A stretch of DNA of 64,000 bases from NCBI GenBank assembly GCA_964604165.1, contig CAZRYF010000016.1, positions 5,229 to 69,228 of the forward strand, read 5' to 3'. Of the stretch, positions 1-8,578 are shown in pieces; the stretch's first letter is position 1; each line of letters begins with the position of its first letter. The notes below the pieces were generated by a model. It worked only from the letters and a program-made list of their open reading frames with translations, was not told the DNA's origin and did not search any database. The position numbers and the translations under genes are program-made. This stretch comes from an uncultured Enterobacterales bacterium. GTDB lineage: Bacteria > Myxococcota_A > UBA796 > CAJQPC01.

Positions 1-40
1 GCCAGGGGCGTAGCATACCGAATGGACAGGAGGGCAGTCA

Positions 41-1003
41 ATGCAGCAGGTCTCGGTGCCGGATCCACCTGCCTCCTCCCTGAAGGACCGACGAGTTTCT
101 GTGGTGGTGGTCACTTTGGATCGGCTGGAGGAGATGCGGCGTCTTCTTCCCTCGGTTGTGGCTCAGACCTGGACTCCGGACGAGGTGGTGGTGGTGGATG
201 CAGCGCCGTCGAAGGCCCTGGAGTCCGTACTAAAGGCTCACCAGGAAACGTCTGGGATTTCCATGAGGTATCTCACGTCCGAGCGGGGGATCTGCCACCA
301 GCGCAACCGGGCGGTGAGTGCTTGCACGGGGGACTTCGTCTTCTTTTTTGATGACGATGTGGAGCTGGAGGTGGACTATATTGAGCACGCAATGGCCGCC
401 TTTTCGATGAAGGCCTCTCCGCCTGTGGGGGGGGTGGCGGGAACGCTGGTCGACCCTCGGATTCATCCGGGTTGGAAGCGCTGGCTCTTCCACTCTCTCT
501 CCCTTTCTCACGCGGGGCGCGCGGTTCCAACCGCTGGATACCCGAATGGGGACATGAGAAGAGTGGAGGATATCGTGGAGGTCATTTCTGTTCCCCTACT
601 CGAGGGATGTCGAATGGCCTTTCGGCGGGAGGTTCTTGAAGAGGAGCGCTTTCAACAGTTTCTGCCGGGCTACTGCCGGGGAGAGGACGGTGACTTCTGT
701 GCTCGTGTCGCTATTCGATGGACGCTCTTGCAAACCCCCGAGGCACGTCTCCGACACCATGAATCGGAGGCCGGACGTCTCGTGGGGGAGGCGATTGTCT
801 ATCAGCGTGCCTTTTCCCGCAGTCGGTTTTTTCGGCTCTACAGCTCGGGGCTCCTCTCGCATTGGCCACGGTTTCTATGGGGGATGCTCGGGTGGGGGGG
901 GTGGATCGTCGCACTTTCGGTAAGGAATCTCGAACCTCGATTGTTTCGGGGCTTTGTAAGAGGAGTTTGGGCGGGTTGGAGGGCAGGCTCAACGTCGCCA
1001 TAG
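41..1003 (+). CDS. Glycosyltransferase family 2 (GT-A fold)
   Basis: ATG at 41 is preceded by AGGAGG (27-32). N-terminal 'VSVVVVTLDRLEEMRRLLPSVVAQTW...VVVVDAAPS' and the 'FFFDDDV' DxD-type motif are typical of GT2. High GC3. Confidence 0.8.
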   Translation: MQQVSVPDPPASSLKDRRVSVVVVTLDRLEEMRRLLPSVVAQTWTPDEVVVVDAAPSKALESVLKAHQETSGISMRYLTSERGICHQRNRAVSACTGDFVFFFDDDVELEVDYIEHAMAAFSMKASPPVGGVAGTLVDPRIHPGWKRWLFHSLSLSHAGRAVPTAGYPNGDMRRVEDIVEVISVPLLEGCRMAFRREVLEEERFQQFLPGYCRGEDGDFCARVAIRWTLLQTPEARLRHHESEAGRLVGEAIVYQRAFSRSRFFRLYSSGLLSHWPRFLWGMLGWGGWIVALSVRNLEPRLFRGFVRGVWAGWRAGSTSP

Positions 1004-2485
1004 GCCGGAGGTGGCCTCTTGGAGCAAGGCCCGATCGGTCTCGTCCACTGTTGCCTTCCAAGTGCTCCAGGTGCTTGCGAGGATCAAGACTGCGGTGGTG
1101 GCGAGCCGGTAAGCCATCGTGGCGGTCTCTCCTCCGTACCAGGCTGCAAGGCTCGCCAGCCCCCAAACGAGAAGCATGCGGGCATTCGCTGACGAAATGG
1201 GAGTGACTCGGAACAGTCGCCAGACCAAGAAGGCCCGGCCCGTCGACCAGCTGATCAGGGCCAGGCTGCTGGCAAGCGCGGCACCTGTCATTCCCCAGTC
1301 CGGGATCCAGATCCAGTTCAGGATCAGGTTTATTGTGACCGCTCCGACTCCGACCCCCAGGTTCAATGCTGCGTGGCCGCCATGGGCCAGACAGGTTCCC
1401 GCAGGCTCCAGAAGAACTTGAATGGCTCGGCCCGCAATCAGGAGAGCCAAGACCGTCGCCGCACTCTGATACTCATGGGAGAAGAGCTGGACCAGCAGAT
1501 CTGGCAAAAGTAGCGCGACAAGAAACAAGGGAGCCGATCCGATGACAACCCACCGGGTCATGCGGTGAAGTTGCACGGCAAGGATCTCGAATTCACCCGC
1601 GTACAGCCACCGGGCAGCTCGGGGGGCGAAAACACCGTTGATGGCGACCAGTGGCATGGCTCCAAGCATGGCGAGCGCCATGGCCACTCGGTAGACGCCG
1701 ACGTCGGAAAGGGTCGCCAGCGCGGAGAGCATCAACAGGTCTGCGGAGAGAAGAGTGCGGTGTAGAAGGCCGGAGAGGGACTGGGGCAGCGAGAAGCTCA
1801 GCAACGCAGGCCATTGAGTGGGTTGTTTGGGCTCTTGGGCGAGTCTCGCGGAGAGCAGACTGCGCACCCGATGCGCTCCCCGAAGGAGGGTCAGCATGCG
1901 AGCCAGAACCAGCGCACCAAGCGCGCCGATCACTCCCCAGCCGAGCGCCATGGCGACTCCACAGCCGAACAGGATGAGCAGCGGTTGTCCTACTTGCTGC
2001 ACGCTCCAGAATCCGCGCATGTCGCGACCGCCGACCAAGGTTCCTCCCGCCAACGAAGAGAGGCTTCCGGCGACGATTCCCACGCCAACCCAGGCAGCCA
2101 ACACGCGATGCTCCGTGCCCATGGAGGGGTGAAAGAGGCCCAGGCCCCAGGCGATGCAGGCAAGTGTGGTGCCACCTGTGAAGGCCAGCAGAAGTGAACC
2201 GCGCAGCATGGACCCGAGGGGGGAAGGCGCGGCCTCCTCTCGGTGCCTGGCAGTGTAGAAGACTGCCGCCGAGTCGCTTCCAAGGGTGCCCAGAGACGCG
2301 CCGAACAGGACCAGGGTAGCTGCCAAAACGTAGAGCCCGTAGTCCGCGGCTCCCAGAACCCGGGCCAGGAGCCAGATGGTCGCCAGACCCGCAACACGTC
2401 CGATCACTGCACCCGACAGGCTCAACAACGAATGACTTGCCAGTTTTCGTGCGTGGGTCGGTTCAGGGGAGATGGGTCTTCCCAT
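989..2485 (-). CDS. Polysaccharide biosynthesis/export membrane protein (Wzx/MOP-type flippase-like)
   Basis: 498-aa polytopic hydrophobic protein. The N-terminus 'LLSLSGAVIGRVAGLATIWLLARVLG' resembles Wzx-type flippases. It is embedded among glycosyltransferases, and its 3' end overlaps the upstream GT2 convergently by 15 nt. Confidence 0.7.
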   Translation of the reverse strand: MGRPISPEPTHARKLASHSLLSLSGAVIGRVAGLATIWLLARVLGAADYGLYVLAATLVLFGASLGTLGSDSAAVFYTARHREEAAPSPLGSMLRGSLLLAFTGGTTLACIAWGLGLFHPSMGTEHRVLAAWVGVGIVAGSLSSLAGGTLVGGRDMRGFWSVQQVGQPLLILFGCGVAMALGWGVIGALGALVLARMLTLLRGAHRVRSLLSARLAQEPKQPTQWPALLSFSLPQSLSGLLHRTLLSADLLMLSALATLSDVGVYRVAMALAMLGAMPLVAINGVFAPRAARWLYAGEFEILAVQLHRMTRWVVIGSAPLFLVALLLPDLLVQLFSHEYQSAATVLALLIAGRAIQVLLEPAGTCLAHGGHAALNLGVGVGAVTINLILNWIWIPDWGMTGAALASSLALISWSTGRAFLVWRLFRVTPISSANARMLLVWGLASLAAWYGGETATMAYRLATTAVLILASTWSTWKATVDETDRALLQEATSGLWRR

Positions 2486-2575
2486 GGTTGGGTGGCGGGT
2501 ACCCGTTGACCGCTGAGTTCGGAAGAGAACGGATGGCCACGGCGGTCAGAGGGACCTCCTGGAGGTCTTGGGTGC

Positions 2576-3379
2576 TCAAGGGAAGGGACGCCGAATGTGG
2601 CCAAAGCCCAGATAGTTTCCCGACTTTCGCACGCCGCGGAGGGAGTAGCGAAGGAGGCATTTGAATGCGATGGGACGGCCTATCTCGAGGACCTCTCGGT
2701 AGACTCGCCAGCGGTACCTCGCTTTCTGGATCTTTTCTGAAAGAAACGATCGGGTGCGGATTCGGTGCCTGGTCAATGGTTTCGACAGAATGTGAACGAG
2801 GTGCCCTCTCTGTACCAGTCTCATCCAGGTTGCGTAGTCCTGGCAGTACGGCAGGTGCGGAAACGTGACGTTGGGGCACTGGTGACGATCGATCATCGTC
2901 GCGGACGTGGAGACGACGTTCTCCACCAGCATCTGGTCCCAGCCAGCTGTCTCCAAAGAAGGCAAATAGGCTCCTGTCACCTGGCCCTTCTCGTTGATAA
3001 TGGTTGTGCCGGTTGTGCAGATTGCTGCCCCCCTTTTTTTCATGAAGGTCAGCTGCTTCTCCAACTTGGTAGGAAGCCATACATCATCGGAGTCCAGGAA
3101 GGCGACAAAGTCGCCCTTTGCCTGTTCAAGTCCCGCATTGCGAACCGCTCCGGGGTTCCCGGTGCTGTTGTGTACAAGCGCTGTCACTCTTTCGTCTCCG
3201 TTCGCGAATGTCTGGATGATCTCCATGGATCCGTCCGACGAGTTGTTGTCGACGATGAGAAGCTCCCAGACCGTGTGGCTTTGATCCAAGACCGATTGAA
3301 TGGCCTCCTCAATGAACAGGCCCTTGTTGAAGTTGGGCATCACGATTGAAACGAGGGGAGGGGAGGCCTTGCTATTCAC
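2576..3379 (-). CDS. Glycosyltransferase family 2
   Basis: 'VSIVMPNFNKGLFIEEAIQSVLDQSHTVWELLIVDNNSSDGS' and 'VAFLDSDDVW' form the canonical GT2 N-terminal signature with a DxD motif. Overlaps the upstream GT2 stop by 8 nt. Confidence 0.85.
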   Translation of the reverse strand: MNSKASPPLVSIVMPNFNKGLFIEEAIQSVLDQSHTVWELLIVDNNSSDGSMEIIQTFANGDERVTALVHNSTGNPGAVRNAGLEQAKGDFVAFLDSDDVWLPTKLEKQLTFMKKRGAAICTTGTTIINEKGQVTGAYLPSLETAGWDQMLVENVVSTSATMIDRHQCPNVTFPHLPYCQDYATWMRLVQRGHLVHILSKPLTRHRIRTRSFLSEKIQKARYRWRVYREVLEIGRPIAFKCLLRYSLRGVRKSGNYLGFGHIRRPFP

Positions 3380-4478
3380 CGTGCACTACCAGGTACTCGT
3401 TGTGGTTGACCTTCCATAGTCCGAAAAGCGTGCCCACGGACGACGCCACGCGGCGAATCCCCTTGATGAGCTGAGGCCATCCAGAAACCAAACTGCCCAG
3501 GGTGATGGAACCTATGCCCGCGCCGAACCGGGCCGCCGCGAGCACCAACACCTGGAGCACTGTTCCCACACTTCTGCGGTTCTTCAGTCGGCTGATGGTG
3601 TCGCCGCTTCCGTTGCGGAATCCGCGCCGCAGAATCCACTTCAGGGTCAGCCGGGACGCTGGCACGAACTCGTGAACCAGGGCCTCCTGGCACCAGACGA
3701 TTCGAAACCCCATGGAGCGGGCCCGTCGAAAGAAGTGGATGTCTGAGGAGCCGGTGTATCGAAAGTCCGTGTCAAAAGCCGGCTGCACTTTTTGGAGGAC
3801 TTTGCGGTCCACCAGCACGTTGTTGGTGTAGGCCTTTCCCACCTCTGTTCCTGTCCGATACGTCTTCCACGAGTCGAAGGTCCGGCTCTTGTGGCCCCAG
3901 GCGGGAGCGTCTTCCGGAAGAACAGCATGTACGGGCCCGGTGACGATTTCGGCACCGGTATCTCGCCAAACCTGTACCAGGTTTCCAAGCCATTCCTCGT
4001 CAGCGATTTCGTCGTCGTCAATGAAGACCAGGGCCGCGTCACTGTCTTCGAGGTGGTCCACGACGGCCTGCCGCGCAAAGGGAATTCCTCGTCTCTCTTC
4101 TTCGATTAGATGAACTGGAAACGGGACGTGGCCCTCCAAGTTCTCAAGTGAGATTTTTGGGGGGAAAGCAGGGTCATTGTCGACCACCAGGACTCTGAAC
4201 TGGAAGCCGTTGCAGTCGGCCAGGTCCTGCGCACCCAGGCTCTGAAAGAGACGAGTAAGACTCTTGGGTCGCCTGTAGGTGATAATGCCAATGGCTATCT
4301 GGATGGGCTCTTCCACGTGGGTCCTGGCAGTAGGCAAGAACAGGTGCTGCGAAGGTCTGATGACACGTTCCGGCACGGGAATCAACGGGTCCTGAAGTCC
4401 CTTGGGAGCGGGGGGGGGCGGCAATCCAGTTGATGTTCGCTGGAGGAGTGGATAGCGCCTCTCTCGTGCGACACCCAT
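3372..4478 (-). CDS. Glycosyltransferase family 2
   Basis: 'IGIITYRRPKSLTRLFQSLGAQ...VLVVDNDP' and 'LVFIDDDEIADEEW'. I chose the ATG at 4478 because AAGGAG lies 8 nt upstream. The ORF-track start at 4514 is a TTG without an SD. Confidence 0.75.
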   Translation of the reverse strand: MGVARERRYPLLQRTSTGLPPPPAPKGLQDPLIPVPERVIRPSQHLFLPTARTHVEEPIQIAIGIITYRRPKSLTRLFQSLGAQDLADCNGFQFRVLVVDNDPAFPPKISLENLEGHVPFPVHLIEEERRGIPFARQAVVDHLEDSDAALVFIDDDEIADEEWLGNLVQVWRDTGAEIVTGPVHAVLPEDAPAWGHKSRTFDSWKTYRTGTEVGKAYTNNVLVDRKVLQKVQPAFDTDFRYTGSSDIHFFRRARSMGFRIVWCQEALVHEFVPASRLTLKWILRRGFRNGSGDTISRLKNRRSVGTVLQVLVLAAARFGAGIGSITLGSLVSGWPQLIKGIRRVASSVGTLFGLWKVNHNEYLVVHGE

Positions 4479-6283
4479 CCCCGACACTCCTTGTCTTTCG
4501 GGCCTTCTTGACAAGAGGGCACTTTGGGCTGGCTGCTCTCGTCACCGCCCTCTCGCTGGTTCCATGGGGGTCGTTGTCGTGGAGAAATGGCTTGTTTTCC
4601 AGCCCCTCGGAGGCCCTCATTCTGTTGGCCTGGATCGGGGGCTACCATATGGCCGTGGCGCTGGCGCTGCGGTTGTTTGTCGCGGTCGGGTGCGGCCTGA
4701 GCGCTCGATGGGTCTCATGGCGAGTCGATCCAAAGAGTGTGGCGCTGACCCTTTTTCTTTCCACCCTTGCCCTGTTCGTCATGGTGAATGGCATTCTGGC
4801 GTTCCCCATTGCCTACTCCCCGTTTCGCCAGCGGGGTGTGCCTCTCTTCACTCCATCGGGTCTCGGGGCGCTGCTGGTTCTGGTCTCGATTCCAATGGCC
4901 GCCTTTTGGGTGGGGCAGAAGTGGTGGGAAGAGCGCCGTTTTGCCTTTGGATTTGCAATGACTTGGGGCCTTCTCACTGTGGGCTTTCTTGCGTGGTCCC
5001 ACGCCGCTGCCCAGCCGGTGAGCGCTGACTTGGAGCAGCTTGACGTTCGCGGGGAGCGAGCCGTTCTCGACGACGTGGTGGCAGGGGATTCTCCAAAGCG
5101 AGTTCTTGTGTTGGGCCTGGATGGGATGAGCTGGCACGTGGTCAAGGTCCTGCTCTCCCAAGAAAGAGCCCCTCATTTGGCTGGTTTGATTGAGGTCGGA
5201 ACCCGCGCAAACCTGCGCTCGTTCGTGCCTACGCTGTCTGCCTCCATTTGGAACACCATCGCCACGGGTCTGGACGCGGAAGCCCATGGAATCACGGGTA
5301 TGAACAAGTACCGATTGCCGGGCATGACGTCCTACCTGAAGAGTTGGCCCAGGATCAGCAGCATGAATTCATGGAACGGTATCAGCCGGGCAGTGGATTT
5401 GCTCGCCAGACTCGGTGTGGTGGAAAAAACCACCTTTCACCAGCCGGATCGGAAGGCGCCTGCCCTCTGGGATCTTGCCCTGCACCACGGCCAGAGTGTG
5501 GGGGTTGTGAACTGGTGGGCCACCTGGCCGGCCCTGCCGATGGATTCCGATAGCTACATGGTGTCCAAGCCAGTCATGGGCCCGGGTGGCTTCTCGTCCC
5601 CCAGTGTGGAGCGCCTTGTCGAACAGGCTCCTCCCCTGTCTCCTGTTTTCGGGCAGAACTCGCAGGTACTGCTGCATCCCTCGGCGAGAGGGATCTGGAC
5701 TCGCACCGAGCGCGAAATGTCGGTGGCAAACACTCTTTTTGCCGCCTCGTCTCCGGACCTGGCCATGCACTACTCCCACTATGTGGACGGTCTGCATCAC
5801 CGCTTGTGGAAAGGAGGGGACCCGAGTCTGTGGCACAGTGGAGCTGCCGCCTTTCCAGAGGTTCTGTTGGACGCCTACGAGGAGATCGACCACTGGCTGG
5901 GAACGCACTTGGAGCAAATGGCGCCGGATACCCTCGTCCTCTTGGTTTCGGACCATGGATACTCCTTTGATGGGCATGAACACCACTTTGCGCCAGATGG
6001 CGTGTTTTTGGCGGTGGGGCCCGGGGTCAAGGCAAACCATCTCCTGGAGGGACCCTCCGTCTACGACATCGCACCGACGATCTTGGCGGCCCTGGGCCTT
6101 CCCGTTCCCGAAAATATGGTGGGTGCGGTATTGGAGGACCTTTTTGAACCGGGGGCCCTGGCGCCCGTTGTCACCGTCCCCGAGCCATCTTGGTACACCC
6201 CCAAAGCTCTCGATACACCCAGAGACGCTGAAATGGAACAGGGAGAAATCGAGTTCCTTCGAAGCCTGGGGTATGTGAACTAG
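4430..6283 (+). CDS. Membrane-anchored alkaline-phosphatase-superfamily enzyme (type I phosphodiesterase/nucleotide pyrophosphatase-like)
   Basis: Several N-terminal hydrophobic helices, then 'VLVLGLDGMSWHVV...NTIATGLDAEAHGI' and 'LVLLVSDHGYSF' (AlkP-core metal and nucleophile motifs). The start is uncertain. 4430 would overlap the divergent GT2 start; downstream in-frame candidates are GTG 4466, TTG 4508 and ATG 4649. Confidence 0.6.
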   Translation: MMFAGGVDSASLVRHPSPTLLVFRAFLTRGHFGLAALVTALSLVPWGSLSWRNGLFSSPSEALILLAWIGGYHMAVALALRLFVAVGCGLSARWVSWRVDPKSVALTLFLSTLALFVMVNGILAFPIAYSPFRQRGVPLFTPSGLGALLVLVSIPMAAFWVGQKWWEERRFAFGFAMTWGLLTVGFLAWSHAAAQPVSADLEQLDVRGERAVLDDVVAGDSPKRVLVLGLDGMSWHVVKVLLSQERAPHLAGLIEVGTRANLRSFVPTLSASIWNTIATGLDAEAHGITGMNKYRLPGMTSYLKSWPRISSMNSWNGISRAVDLLARLGVVEKTTFHQPDRKAPALWDLALHHGQSVGVVNWWATWPALPMDSDSYMVSKPVMGPGGFSSPSVERLVEQAPPLSPVFGQNSQVLLHPSARGIWTRTEREMSVANTLFAASSPDLAMHYSHYVDGLHHRLWKGGDPSLWHSGAAAFPEVLLDAYEEIDHWLGTHLEQMAPDTLVLLVSDHGYSFDGHEHHFAPDGVFLAVGPGVKANHLLEGPSVYDIAPTILAALGLPVPENMVGAVLEDLFEPGALAPVVTVPEPSWYTPKALDTPRDAEMEQGEIEFLRSLGYVN

Positions 6284-6325
6284 GAGGCGCTAGGGGATTT
6301 CTGTTCGCTGATCCGGGCGAGCACA

Positions 6326-7531
6326 ATGGGGCGTGCATCTTCGGGAGGGTCGGTTTTGCAAGGGTCAGTCCCCCTTTTGAGACGAGGTGGCGTGGCGGTC
6401 ATCCGCTCGAACTTCTTGCGATACAGCGAGACCTTCATCCATGACCAGCTGCGAACACTTGAGAGGTATACACCTCATGTCTTCTGTCGCAGGCGCTGGA
6501 ACACGGACCGGTTCTCCGGCTACGCAGTACATGCAATTGAGGAGTTGCCTGACAATCCACGGCCTCTTCAAAGCGCTCGTTTTCGGGCCACTCAGCGCTC
6601 GGAGCGGTTTGACCAATTGTTCGCGGCAGGGGGGATTGACCTGGTGCACGCCCACTTTTTCTACGATGCTCACTATGGAGTGCGATGGTCGAGGGAGCAC
6701 CGGGTTCCACTTGTCGTGACACTTCACGGCATTGACGTGGGCGTGCTCACGGGGATGGGTCGGTATTCGCCTCGATGGCTCCCGGTTTGGCTCTCCCGGA
6801 AGAGGATCTTTCGAGCCACCCACCTTTTCCTTGCGGACTCTGACGAGTTGCGGGATTTGATCATCTCGTTGGGCTGCCCTCCGAAAAAGGTGAAGGTGCA
6901 CCGTCTTGGTGTGGACATTGACCGCTTCTCTCCAAGGACGGTGGAATTGTCGGGCACGCCGGAAGTTTTGATGGTGGGTCGCCTGGTAGAGAAGAAGGGC
7001 CATGAATATGCCCTTCGCGCAGCCGCATTGGCTAGGGACGCGGGGCTTGAGTTTCGGATGACCCTCTTGGGAGAGGGAAGGCTTCGCCCCCGCCTTGAGT
7101 CACTGGTGCGAACGCTGGGACTGACGGATCGGGTTTTTCTTCCCGGGGCTGTTTCCCACGACAAGGTGAGGAAAGCACTGGGAACCGCAGCCATTCTGCT
7201 CGCTCCAAGCGTCGTAGCCCGGAACAAGGACAGAGAGAGCGGAATGATCGCCCCCAAAGAAGCATCGGCATGTGGAGTGCCGGTGGTGGGCACCTGGCAT
7301 GGAGGCATTCCGGAAATCATCGAAGACGAGGTCACCGGGTTCCTTGTACCGGAGCGAGACGTAGGGGCGCTGGCTCGCCGCTTGATTCAGCTGCTTCGGT
7401 CCCCGGAGTTGAGGGGCAAGCTGGGGCGCGCTGCCCGGGAGAAGATGGTGCGCGAATACGATCTGAGGGATCGTGTTGCTGCCCTGGAGGAGATCTACGA
7501 CTCGGTGTTGGCGGCTCACCCGAGCGGCTGA
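6326..7531 (+). CDS. Glycosyltransferase family 1 (GT4-like, GT-B fold)
   Basis: C-terminal 'LLAPSV...ESGMIAPKEASACGVPVVGTWHGGIPEIIEDEVTGFLVPERD' is the Glycos_transf_1 EX7E-type signature. Confidence 0.85.
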   Translation: MGRASSGGSVLQGSVPLLRRGGVAVIRSNFLRYSETFIHDQLRTLERYTPHVFCRRRWNTDRFSGYAVHAIEELPDNPRPLQSARFRATQRSERFDQLFAAGGIDLVHAHFFYDAHYGVRWSREHRVPLVVTLHGIDVGVLTGMGRYSPRWLPVWLSRKRIFRATHLFLADSDELRDLIISLGCPPKKVKVHRLGVDIDRFSPRTVELSGTPEVLMVGRLVEKKGHEYALRAAALARDAGLEFRMTLLGEGRLRPRLESLVRTLGLTDRVFLPGAVSHDKVRKALGTAAILLAPSVVARNKDRESGMIAPKEASACGVPVVGTWHGGIPEIIEDEVTGFLVPERDVGALARRLIQLLRSPELRGKLGRAAREKMVREYDLRDRVAALEEIYDSVLAAHPSG

Positions 7532-7537
7532 AGGGGG

Positions 7538-8371
7538 CTACTCCTCGTCCGCCCGTCGCTGAAGAGAGAGCCGCCGGGCCAATGTCTCCTCTGCTGCCCG
7601 ATGAACCTCCGGGAGCAGTACCCCTGAGGTGATGATGAACTTTAGATCCTGCACCATCAGGGTGGTCAGCAGCCCAATGGCAATTTCCTCAGGGGTATAG
7701 GGATTGGCCGCAAGGGCCTTTCGGACCGCATAGCTGGCAGCCCAGCGCCGGTGGGCGGCCACGCAGCCAAGCACTTCGGCGGTGCTGGGGCGCTGGGCGG
7801 CTACGAGCACGGCGTCCCGCTCGGTGATGCGGGGGTTGTCGAGCAGGTGTTGGATGACCCGATGGTCTCGATCACGAAGGAGGCGATCCAGCAGAAAACG
7901 ATCCGAGCCGCGGGCTGCCTGCCGCCGGGTTCCAAGGGGCATGTTGATGTGGTTGTTCTCAGGCCATGCCTGCTTCAGGCCGCGCCGGTTCACCCGGGGC
8001 GCCAGGAATAGGGCGGCGACCTGGGGCAGGTCGGCTTCCTGGGCCATTCCATAGAGGTCCTGCACCCGCTCGTAGGGGAGCGCCCCTACCAGTCCCGGAT
8101 CCAGCCCCATCTCAACCAGGGCAGCCCGGGCCTGGGGGTTTCCCTGCTCAGCGCGCTGGATCAACAACTCCAGGGTGGCCACCAGCAGGACGTCTTCCAG
8201 CTGAATCAGGAAGTTGTGCAGGGCGTGGGGGCGCATGCTGCGGTCTCGAATGGAGGCCACCAGCCGAAGCAGGAGGCGGATGGTTTCCACCACAGAGTCC
8301 TGCTGGTCTCCTGTTCTCAGCTGGGAGAGGCGGTCCGCTGATGGAGGGGGGGGGTCGGAATCCATGTCCAT
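7538..8371 (-). CDS. Hypothetical alpha-helical repeat protein
   Basis: 277-aa ORF with high GC3, starting at ATG 8371. Helical, Leu-rich repeats such as 'HLLDNPRITERDAVLVAAQRPSTAEVL'. No family recognised with confidence. Confidence 0.5.
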   Translation of the reverse strand: MDMDSDPPPPSADRLSQLRTGDQQDSVVETIRLLLRLVASIRDRSMRPHALHNFLIQLEDVLLVATLELLIQRAEQGNPQARAALVEMGLDPGLVGALPYERVQDLYGMAQEADLPQVAALFLAPRVNRRGLKQAWPENNHINMPLGTRRQAARGSDRFLLDRLLRDRDHRVIQHLLDNPRITERDAVLVAAQRPSTAEVLGCVAAHRRWAASYAVRKALAANPYTPEEIAIGLLTTLMVQDLKFIITSGVLLPEVHRAAEETLARRLSLQRRADEE

Positions 8372-8391
8372 GGGCGGTATCCTATCCGGCG

Positions 8392-8574
8392 ATGAAGAAG
8401 CGTCCGATGCTCCTGGTTGTTTCGTGTGGGGTCCTCCTGATCTTGGCGGGGCTTCAACACATGTTGGCTGAGGAGCCCAACGAGGAGGTCGAAGCGGAGC
8501 TTCAGGACGAGACCGGCATGACCCCCGACGAGCGGGAGGAGCTCATGCGCACCATCGGGTACGTGCAGCAGTAG
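8392..8574 (+). CDS. Small (60 aa) membrane-anchored/secreted highly acidic protein
   Basis: ATG at 8392 gives 'MKKRPMLLVVSCGVLLILAGL' (signal/anchor with VVSC) followed by an acidic tail 'EEPNEEVEAELQDETGMTPDEREEL'. GC3 is coding-like. The stop lies 4 nt before the next gene. The longer ORF-track version (7966..) is antisense to the neighbouring gene. Confidence 0.45.
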   Translation: MKKRPMLLVVSCGVLLILAGLQHMLAEEPNEEVEAELQDETGMTPDEREELMRTIGYVQQ

Positions 8575-8578
8575 CCCC

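Noticed and set aside
4410-4418. G9/C9 homopolymer in the N-terminal coding region of a GT2 gene, considered as a phase-variation switch. Similar tracts lie at 884-891, 8346-8354, 11174-11181, 11247-11255 and 38887-38894.
   Set aside because: G/C runs of 8-9 nt recur throughout this GC-rich window, mostly as Pro/Gly codon runs. Their presence alone is not evidence of contingency behaviour. This would need read-level length heterogeneity to revisit.
7966-8574. A 202-aa plus-strand ORF overlapping the 7538-8371 gene.
   Set aside because: The first ~140 aa are a Pro/Gly/Ala/Arg-rich antisense shadow. Only the last 60 aa, from ATG 8392, look like a real signal-anchored acidic protein.
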